Positions 61,901 through 64,000 of a stretch of 64,000 nucleotides of DNA are shown piece after piece. Both the position numbers and the translations under genes were made by a program. The notes under the pieces were generated by a model. It saw nothing but the letters and a program-made list of their open reading frames with translations, did not search any database and was not told where the DNA came from. The number at the start of each line of letters is the position of its first letter. The first letter of the stretch is position 1. The DNA comes from an archaeon (GTDB lineage Archaea; Nanobdellota; Nanobdellia; Woesearchaeales; UBA9642): the NCBI GenBank assembly GCA_043806035.1, contig JAZDHK010000029.1:1-64000 (forward strand). Reading direction: 5' to 3'.

Positions 61901-62111
61901 GGCGAACAGCACGAACACCAGCGATTTCTTGACGGGCATCCTCTGGGACGCGGGGGATGGCGGTGTTGCCTACACGGGAGCGCAGGATGTGGTATTCGTC
62001 ACCACACTCAATGATACGGATACGAATGACTTCGAGATACGCGTACCCGCGACACTGCGCAGCTACACGGGCAGTACAGACCAAGTCGACTTTTTCGTGG
62101 AGCTACGATGA
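40992..62111 (+). CDS. Giant (~7039 aa) secreted modular surface protein/adhesin
   Basis: Signal peptide MRKLALFLILLACLPWTA after GGAGG, an MG2-like domain, four propeller-like repeats, LamG domains, DUF2341-like, Cys-rich modules, ~16 Ig-like repeats and 2 CARDB-like domains. N-x-S/T sequons are very dense and there is no C-terminal TM. Confidence 0.92.
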   Translation: MRKLALFLILLACLPWTAGFILNVTNESVPLQPFTMELLGDIPADAYLTITLPDGTLLKNNKLQPTMEFIPQQEGKYLVQLLSPERQELSEATIRVRSDGKNNTQYRTNASAQVNNTAMVMTANETADDNLTDVANASRDVITISNYPYLVGWPMTILLPEGTDVLDIQTPTSQARYLGAVTEPVAFVPREQGNYTIIASRNGETFAKTFIVEEQQPIPRSSIFIGDKEALPVDMTFYASSGKTELVLSLKEQPIRMHFFNLTQQERYVIKFKQVQKFTTIENKQVQALYAIDPSALNFSSATLTIRARGTAVWKCKEWDFDQDTCEGSWQQLLNLTPGQDYTLNLTPEDPGFAETGLATINAKKPIYHPGETAELFMVVLDQQGYLVPDAQLTLAITDPDGNITSDTPITNISRGIYASNYTTQGEGTYWLAVTAVSDSVNYTMYSSFLVNASFPFDIIRETPLTIDPWTENLTSTITVYAEREEEFSLTETFSANMTVLDAGGAVQSSVADRTQLTWQLINGSSVHYTLLPPLETPALYDFQAHITSSSGTYTEARPWFLAVDPQFASTGGYDVELAALDNRTIVVAWIDSGTGGNATFAVYDTNGTQLVKQVLDTTGDAQSRISVEAINSTHFIIQQIDGPGTNNAAFYIYRRDGGVVQGRTALNANVGTNNDVATCELGDVFSTLYINDQNNQADFQMFLNDGTQTVAQTAAIGNVNPGAREQNLVDCAVINSTRWVYAAFNDQTNRINIALRSEDGTSIIAATNVDNSVGETAQVAATGLRNNSFALAYYHSTAQSINLTVINTASDTFDTTWTTGVDDDAGGDGWLSLAEIEDNGKSYIALVWQDATDNAIKATVYASDGMLLTPTFVVATQSATRKLIDIVGYSSHASMGLCPGTFIVVYANATEEAVFDRFFINGNAWNGSCEYTPPLAAYTGQTPPNHQATSNTSFIVNVSINESDLWKATWLWNGAAYALFDTTLLAKYNFNNVSAIGDTASLAVDVSSNGANATVTNANWTASGKHGGAYTFADAGYLMANISYAPLFTIGAWVKASVGSPADYQTVLNKEFSSSNRNFWLGLWTDGKARLQFSSSSSVTDCDAAGSTDLRDGRWHYLAGVYDGANCILYVDGVVKATDAVTATPQGVDANLSIGYAIGDAGRGLVGSIDEVTIFNTSMNTSAVQELGMSNLYKYAQDKWNFTINQSALKTGINTYQLLSTDITGSMNRTGLRDIKYYKYGLLDDEPAIDLDTTALDSTTVVVAWIDGGNYDANFQVWSTTGMVLVNETKVDTTGNSESRIAVTAINSTHFAIELSDGYDNATTLYIYNRSGQNVVDRTILNANVGTYTDTALCELTDSLAVLYANDNDNDADMQMYWNDGTQRTIETPVDGNMGPEALQQNLVDCASLNSDLWVYFWFDDASNYVDIAALNGDGTIVRGATAVDTTAGETAQVATMGVKNDVFGLLYYDSSTSEILFGIRNVTATVFQTMLANTVIDADAGADSRVSMTEVENTLGESYFVTAWVDSADNTIKAAIYDSNGLQITAPFVAVSDVSTVNIIDLVGTASLINTGLCTEKFGLAYVNGSYATVFKTFNLDGSVWNGVCDKTPANMTFTSPTLPDNSSTAQPFIAFNLTITEPDLRDIVLEWNRTSYTLLGLTTLLYFNFDNISALEESDTVVKDMSTNNFTATTNATLVAGKYGKAFWFNDSQAVILENNAVLDITQFTIASWIKADVGGPADYQTIISKEAYVSGDQDRNFWLGLWTDGKARLQFSSSSSVTDCDAAGSVDLRDGQWHYLVGVYDGADCTLYVDGMLDATDPVSAAPEGSGYNVSIGAELGQSGRGFVGSIDEVRVSRSAAPPELVQQFFISNLNKVNMENWTLFANETNLTPQNYNYIVRAVDTYGTTGVANRSASYYRSYFDDYGFVDVSMTALDSTTVVVAWIDEELDDASFKIMSTTGAQLIGEVDIDTDGTALNRIAVTPIDANKFAILLIDNSTVSFFIYNRTGGKVVDRTLIDASVDIYTDAAACELGTTLALLYANDNDNDADFQMYWNDGAQRTGENFVDGGMNPEDVQQNLIDCAALGATRWIYAWFDDGSNVVSMAARDETGTAVVGQTNVDGAVGETAHVAAAALRDNRFAYAFYDSTTSALSFTVRNLTGAAFGNTRANTVIDANTGVDSRVSVAEIESSGSSYFVVTWLNYNDSTIKAAVFNATGGQVTAPFNITTKTNTSLPLFSVVGYDSLLGFGLCDERFMIAYTNDTGQATLAGYLIDGRQWDGICDRTPPVIAFVSPTPPDKSSTTNDYVVVNVSINDSALGNVAWTWDDLQFVIYNDSTTLLINLDNVSALGESDSVVVDSSIYAKTGSATNKTIPADCKRNACAAFAANGLINFSSDTTNTLRDNFTISMWINDAAAAQDVQLDKGTYAIRDDYTGGDCSNPGRWQFFVNRSGTPICVEDTAAHPQNVWQHIVAVKNSTSINLYVDGTLKATTSASGLINENALSLLLAAGHDGSHFNGSIDEIAIYNRALNASEVQQLSMTFLTRYGFSSNISRWLLYSNTTNLSLGMHTYFVDVTDVSYNPASTGNRTISRYNTTFVDDTPFIDVDSTALDNVTVVVAWIDADSLQASFQVRNTNKTVIVGEIDVDLNVTTTSRISVTAINSTHFVVVVNDGVDQALDFYIYHRNGTLIYTSRISANIGTNTDTAVCELGDRFVITYANGANLQYDTQIYWNNGTRITAQTALDGNMLPEDTLQNLGDCAVISSTRWIGNWYDDSVDDVYVSLRNEVGTAVLGTGSIDSDVGDTGQVATTGMRNNTFVVVFYDATADTAYFEIRDVTGDSSYALIADNTIVNTQVGGQSRVSVAELDMDGKSYFVMTWWNSQNGTLLASVFNQTGFQITPPFVVDDMPSAYPLLDVVADDSHLNLGLCNGTFAIAYTNASSQAVLKTYFVNGTPWHGYCDFAGPDVTLDRPPTNGTITTLQYMVNATVSDVSPVVNVSFWFRPDNTSSWQLACVATPSGGKANCTWDLNGLTESSTYEIMAYGEDIAGNIGPNSTHYNITVSLGLPILNNMQCYKSGSWQSCTNVVYDNTLAGVRVNCTSEVATISNVTFNLTNIPDAALYFMNTTTNYTGGYLTLWLSRTINDSGPFTLTALCEDNQSGTRSSSTTWLVPWGTLTGTLLDPTSPLDVVQNTTFNFSARVSCTGGECGTANATLDPDIGWWNRNWSYRQNVTIVSVANTTLLEFPIFLSVAKDPFMSANYSDLRFLDGSCGNTSALLAFEIENYTDSDASIWVRVNVSLGNNSICMYYGNDNVSAADDRTGTWNSNYALVYHMNYTGEDSTSNARDRVANVGVPTNVSGYLGYGLSFDGRNDAWSEANLPYWETAFSTRTFEVVFETGLDINTRQVLFAEGSTTNGVMLYLLNGQLYARWWSETYGWTGHYFNTSVNSNTKYHSILEYRYPGVIGIDNFTFYLNGQVIGTNQTSANIGAHTANGGIAYTGSSNKDFHDLTGAGYYFAGTMYEFRALDTTVGKEYANQSYQQLINYNQHIFFSNPEPQSKGTIPMLAGDPFYTTTQNPQDSIFTPCLDILPGNTCDVSWIVNATGPISTVWEFFVIQEPNYYAGWYNASISNRVNITIVDKLRPKVQSISCQRNSTTWVGCSAIVYGNNITAVRANCTYSGGEPIVNATFTLRNVNDNNTYFSNTTFDNTTAYWLLNISQLILDGGNFSIEVNCSADAPGAMGWNWTNWTIPFGKLLGNWYTPTTNVNVTQHRFSTYILNISCSEGECGNITAELDPPTAFVLASMNFETPSDFANYDTDCPTSTTCVTSTPWDEFDNCLAGNGGYGICSSSNASAVGSRGLECRACDRNDASNAGGVYIYVNSTPCGGYPCQSLNLSFYQVVEGLDNVNEGSAVLVNDTDGTLRIAASCIDTDPYCDCNSIAGCSRANMGTYAQFVTVDLCQVLGISCNEPLTIRFTSYTTTNNLDGSDYLAWDNISLTGYVNKGTIPMVDSTPFYTTDLNPINATNLTCLANMQSGNWCLVSWNVNATGPLYSIHDLFGIFNSTYPITNITRSIRVNITGNYPPIVSSITLLPTLPVSTDNLNCSFKVTDANFFDNLSANITFYVNGTYFNSTLMNVTRNIMYSLFINNTETSPGDVWMCGVTPYDQYLWGNQTNSSNVSVLISQPPFITTIQCQEKSTWQSCSGVQYNEVLQGVRANCTDVDGFVRNVTFSLFNVEDNITFFTSTTMTKTAGYYTIGSLNINFSNSGRYNLSVLCYDDADIGVSNISNWTLPWGMFNVSWIQPTTNITMRQNQTGNFSVLVTCLQGECNNATVVLDPMQAYPYAYMDFEPGTDFKVFDGACPTSAYTCSDSSPWDDFDDCQESATPYSMCVSTGVNSGSTGARGLECRGCDRADVGNDGGLHINITPRFCNGYVCSSINVSYYQGTYGLTLATHGSAVWVRDADSIWRLVSNCMNGDTCESTTLNTMGSDAKYVMTDLCTISGIDCSEELELFFTSNNTVNHGWGQYFGWDKINITGYGEKGIIPMGSGTPFYTLQANPAYPANYSCLTNMSLGQNCTVYWIVNATGELGLTHEVFAYANSSVYPSYIPQNQSKHIYVTITGNVLPSVVDAIVFPIAPLNDSDLYCNFTITDTNYFDSLGANVTWYRNNVSFSTVQVAALINQVTSVNLTADNTEVGEYWHCGVKPFDETGYGNQTNSTARLILLYPPPSVDVIECSVSDEWGPCSRAIYYTNISQVRANCSSAFALTNVTFNLTNSPDNTTYFSNTTTDFVDVYFVLDNDDVNITDSGQFTLNVQCMDEMNQTATKNVNWTVPWGNLTGELLSPATATSVQYLDFFTFIVRVSCSGGECGDVNATLDPYNGTVLYDFLTGYTTDKWPYQVISNNRPPESNPVSRVLLSQAQTALINATDNNRWATGNPGANRYISLDMVMDLNESKSEITQLKFTFEGQPNNNANMSIYIYNFNTNQWNLATWQFYTADTDAVMTATTTNIADYVNQTSTVRWLVTQNRTADIMRVDYVSLNVTYQKNKGIISNITGSIPFYTTDPNPNDYTNISCLANLTAGESCRVTWNVNATGPIGSVHEFFAYFNATTYSSVNASQTPKVNITIYDAASVPPTVILLSPANLSYTNQATLNFTCAVSDNYVVENATLYADFNGTFQANESRGIGVAEANVSFNKTLADGTYVWNCLAYDNQGNPAWAYENWTVHIDTQPPFINLSAPENLSNVSDDDVYFNFTITDELSENFTCNLTEDGGVKYLYWNVSNDTFTSWNVSGNMLGQHEWFVSCIDLAGNYAESDTLLFNVLDFPPSVYLITQENASFNIPNVSLYYNATDLIGVILARLLLDGELNDTQNNPLNGVAVAFNVSGLTEGWHNWTVNVSDISSLSDQAALQQFLIDLSMPSILLNSPPDANVTNESQVIVNFTASDNYADILLCNLTVNDNIQTTDIIAYNTQPTTTNMTSLWDGSNYWNVTCSDDAGNVNVSETRVINVSQPPVVVLDSPADNQSQRLSALLLYYTPTDNTNISSCSLYLDGQWNQTEWVILNGVQHSFFVDNLIEATYEWNVTCNDTINLTGYSETRRFTVDRTGPIITLISPGLGDTWYGKMTNFTFNATDNVGKNITCNLTVDDTLQLYNQTIDNGSTVTFNTTITNEGTHYWNVSCTDPVGNSNTSETWWYQSFNPPSVTLVQPTPNALYNASTTIFLYIPSDENLTLAILVIDGVNNETNTSLISDVENSFTVSLPDGVHTWTVNVTDNNSLSTIPAAVTFTIDTTPPDIVMNTPLQDDVLTWNNVLFSFNVSDVLSSAMLCTITINDAPVFENIPASNGSTITRYKNFTDGNYNWSVLCKDSANNTHQHELVNFSVEAPPTITLNSPTDNARLKTTTPTFDYTPSDFFGITNCTLYINGTENGTNSSITPNVPNYFTRTLLEGDYYWTVICIDAYDDNPGTAPAENFTLDISGPSIVLDQPDPDTTFNQDFVFFNWTATDYSVLITCNLSIDGAVNVSGLNAVSPALLNTTVFSFPAGNHTWNVTCWDDLMNVQQSENRTFTINNPDLIINASAISFNETNPRENATLTISANVSNIGGTNAQDVLVQFFDNGVQISNSTNNITYNSSKVFTALWNITREFHDITVVIDPLDTITELDEDNNNATTNMTLLISEILDPQNDTWMNQLSTAFTVRIADFTGTLLDYTAYIDGNSNESGTANDNESFILNLDFFEGTHIVTVEARDGLSRRRNATPLTIHVDVTPPSPNITLPNMSWFNTTTPNITFIVRDNADLSINYTFYLNDTIIDANVTANNTPNYVILPSRPEGAYVLILEAIDEAGNAANTTPFTYFIDTTPPDIVLDKPDQGANFSTRNVTLNFTLTDNLAPNATYALILDTGEVAQGTIDVPALLEYNATDLVEGVHFWNVTARDAANNSNSSVTRDFGVYIAPIITLISPPNDSWTNNATVTFFFNLTEETGLENCSVMIEGGSIATKQGDELNTIGTNNITAVLPDGQQNWSIRCYDNTSMYVMASSEERTLNVDTSPPEAAFITLNESWYNATPVNISFTLSDDQALQLNYTIYVAGQVNATGQVDNATPSWDLLSLAEGYHALILEATDWALNRYNTTPLLVIVDLNAPNITLHEPLPGNMTDNENVTFNFTITDAIVENISCSLLVSGNDSINLTVTNNTVSNYTFYNLSAGLHYWNVTCWDYVNNTQTSSTRNFTIPRPDLEVNAAFITTNNTWPKENETIMINATVRNIGNTAAGAFIVQFFRTHPNNSMQIGDNVTIDSLAPGENVTLNITYTTILGINDIYVLADAPLPTGQVVEENESNNLNHKIIDVSSWNFISGNTSGLIALTNLGNDTIFTWNVENITGSIIYVIDADSAIHWTNLTALGRRTNGVSNVADFLTLDSILDLTNNSDSINKTYTSAGLPLLERNMTLYDKTVLNIPQANSTNTSDFLTGILWDAGDGGVAYTGAQDVVFVTTLNDTDTNDFEIRVPATLRSYTGSTDQVDFFVELR
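42711..49880 (+). repeat. Four tandem modules with ~2030-nt period (propeller-like domain, followed by LamG in the first three)
   Basis: ALD.tt.VVAWID starts at ~42711, 44739, 46776 and 48807, and each ends in W.G.C(D/E). Confidence 0.85.
44232..46354 (+). repeat. 80-nt near-identical direct repeat (44232-44311 and 46275-46354)
   Basis: 78/80 identity, encoding WLGLWTDGKARLQFSSSSSVTDCDAAG in two LamG domains. Confidence 0.9.
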
Positions 62112-64000
62112 AAGCATACGTGTTTATACTATCCTTGCTGTTTTCTCCACTAGTGCTCGCGCTCAATGTGCAGTATGACTTCTCCAATACCCTGCTCATC
62201 AGCACGACAGCAGCCGAGGCGCGCATAGACATTCTTTTCAACACCGACCTGTACCGCTATGTCGGCGCGTCAGCAAATCTTTCCTTCATTCCACAACAAG
62301 ATGGGCTGTACACCATCATCAGCTATGACGAGCAAGGGCAGGAACTTGAGAGAAAAACAGTGACCATCGATCAGGGATCGTTAGCGACACCCACTGTGAA
62401 CACGGACAAGCAGTACTATCGTATTGGCGAGAGCGTTAGCATCACCGCAACGCAGGGGACGTATCTGTATATTGCCGTTGATGGCGAACGTGTCAGGCAT
62501 GACTACCAGCCAACGCTCACCTTTGCTCCGGAAAAAACAGGAACGTACCAGCTCATGCTCTACGACGATGATGTGCTGCTCGCAACAACAACATTCGCCG
62601 TGCTCCCCTTCCTGCCGAAACAAACAGCAACAACGGAAAATCCCGTCATCACCTTTCCTATCGGCGCGAGAAACATCTCCTTCAAAAAACCATTCTCAGG
62701 ATCGTTCAGAACAGACACATTGCTCGACGTCCCCTATCTGGTCATGGACAAGACAACCATCCAGCCAGGACTCTACGAGATAACTTATGACGATGATTTA
62801 GGCGAGCACACCCTGCTTTTTTCATGGGGGCTGCTCAGCATCAACACAAAAAAATCAGCGTATCGCCCGGGAGAACGCATCGAAGTGTACGTAGTTGCGC
62901 TCGACAGTGCAGGCAAACCCCTCGAGAACGCACCACTCCAACTGTCGGCTGTTGCCCCGAGCGGCAATCGCGCATTCTTCTTCACAGAAGACCAGACACT
63001 CCTTCCAGTTAGTCCTGGCATCTATCTTGCGAACTTCACCACCTGGGAGGAAGGCACGTTCTTCATCAACGCCACAAGCTCCCTGCCCGAAAGCGACATT
63101 TCTGCAGAAACAACATTCCTCGTCACTACTGACTTGCCTTTTGAGATCATCCGCGAAGTTCCCTTCATGATAGACCCGTGGACTGCACCCTTCATGAACA
63201 TTTTTTCAGTACAGGACAACATAGGTGCAGACCAATACACGCTGACGGAAACACTTCCAGAACAGATAACCATCCTTTCCACGAATGCAGAACTGACGAC
63301 GACAGACGGCAAGACAGTTCTTTCTTGGGACAGCAACATTGCCCAACCCTATTATGTTGCCACGACACCCCTTATCAGCCCATTCCTCTACCAACTCGGT
63401 CCGGCGACAATCATTGCAGAAAACGTGACGTATGCGGAATCACGACCCTGGTCGTTGGCAGTGGATCCGCAGACGCATTTCAAGATGGAAATAAAAACAA
63501 TAGGCAATGCAGGCACGACCTGGCAGCATGTCAACTTCACCAACACCTTCCTTACTCCAGTACCTATAGTTGCAGCAGTGCCAGCAGTGGGCTGGGCTAC
63601 CAATGACCCTCCTTTCGGAGTGAACGTGAGAAATCTCACTGCGACAGGTGTTGATGTTCGAATCTCTATCCCTGATCGGCAGTTCGGCGTTGGTGTCATG
63701 CCTGCAGATAATACTATATATCTTGCTGTTGTCGAGGAAGGCTTCTGGAATAGTGCGAGCAGCAACATCAACTTCACCATCGAGGCAAGAAGTCTTACGT
63801 CATCATCACGACCCACGTATACATTATATGATGCAGCCATGCTCGGCACGTATTCGACATCAGTCAACCTGAATTCTTCGTGGGGATCAACATCAAGGAC
63901 ATTCCAACTGAGTGCAGCACTCGATGCAAATGATACATGGATCGCTACGGCATTGTTCGGCAGTACCTCCCGAGGAAACCCTCCATCGCAAACGCAGACA
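62108..64000 (+). CDS. Second large secreted protein, paralogous N-terminus, truncated by the window end and absent from the ORF track
   Basis: ATGA overlap and signal peptide MKAYVFILSLLFSPLVLA. In-frame SINTKKSAYRPGE, FEIIREVPFMIDPW and YAESRPWSLAVDP match TINAKKPIYHPGE, FDIIRETPLTIDPW and YTEARPWFLAVDP of the upstream giant protein. Confidence 0.88.
   Translation, partial: MKAYVFILSLLFSPLVLALNVQYDFSNTLLISTTAAEARIDILFNTDLYRYVGASANLSFIPQQDGLYTIISYDEQGQELERKTVTIDQGSLATPTVNTDKQYYRIGESVSITATQGTYLYIAVDGERVRHDYQPTLTFAPEKTGTYQLMLYDDDVLLATTTFAVLPFLPKQTATTENPVITFPIGARNISFKKPFSGSFRTDTLLDVPYLVMDKTTIQPGLYEITYDDDLGEHTLLFSWGLLSINTKKSAYRPGERIEVYVVALDSAGKPLENAPLQLSAVAPSGNRAFFFTEDQTLLPVSPGIYLANFTTWEEGTFFINATSSLPESDISAETTFLVTTDLPFEIIREVPFMIDPWTAPFMNIFSVQDNIGADQYTLTETLPEQITILSTNAELTTTDGKTVLSWDSNIAQPYYVATTPLISPFLYQLGPATIIAENVTYAESRPWSLAVDPQTHFKMEIKTIGNAGTTWQHVNFTNTFLTPVPIVAAVPAVGWATNDPPFGVNVRNLTATGVDVRISIPDRQFGVGVMPADNTIYLAVVEEGFWNSASSNINFTIEARSLTSSSRPTYTLYDAAMLGTYSTSVNLNSSWGSTSRTFQLSAALDANDTWIATALFGSTSRGNPPSQTQT

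Overview
This is an archaeal chromosomal segment, most likely from a DPANN (Woesearchaeota-like) lineage. The evidence is GatD/GatE, a CDC48/VCP ATPase, a TrmB regulator, TTTA[T/A]A promoter boxes, DUF5752-like domains and giant sequon-rich surface proteins. Housekeeping genes include cdc48, gatDE, pepA, a ZIP transporter, tRNA-Arg(CCT), truD, marC, mscL, a DEAD-box helicase and adk. Two accessory loci stand out. (1) 8601-16116 is a translationally coupled nine-gene minus-strand operon: Nudix, divergent GTP cyclohydrolase II-like, viperin-like radical SAM, TMK-like kinase, stand-alone TrpF, PRTase-like, KynB-like formamidase, APRT-like and HAD. It faces a divergent NrtR regulator, with three GT-N7-AC palindromes in the spacer. 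I do not recognise this combination as a described pathway; it looks like a nucleotide- or pterin-modifying pathway and is possibly antiviral. (2) 29518-64000 is a surface-apparatus locus with two RHH regulators, a membrane-anchored Ig/PKD protein, a 1582-aa membrane-spanning HerA/VirB4-like ATPase with extracellular domains, DUF5752-like and coiled-coil partners, a ~7039-aa modular secreted protein and the start of a second giant paralogue. The ATPase N-terminal domain appears homologous to the giant protein C-terminal domain. A shared YYACT-N4-AGTSA palindrome sits beside the promoters of four dispersed genes. All family calls come from motif recognition by eye; no database searches were run.
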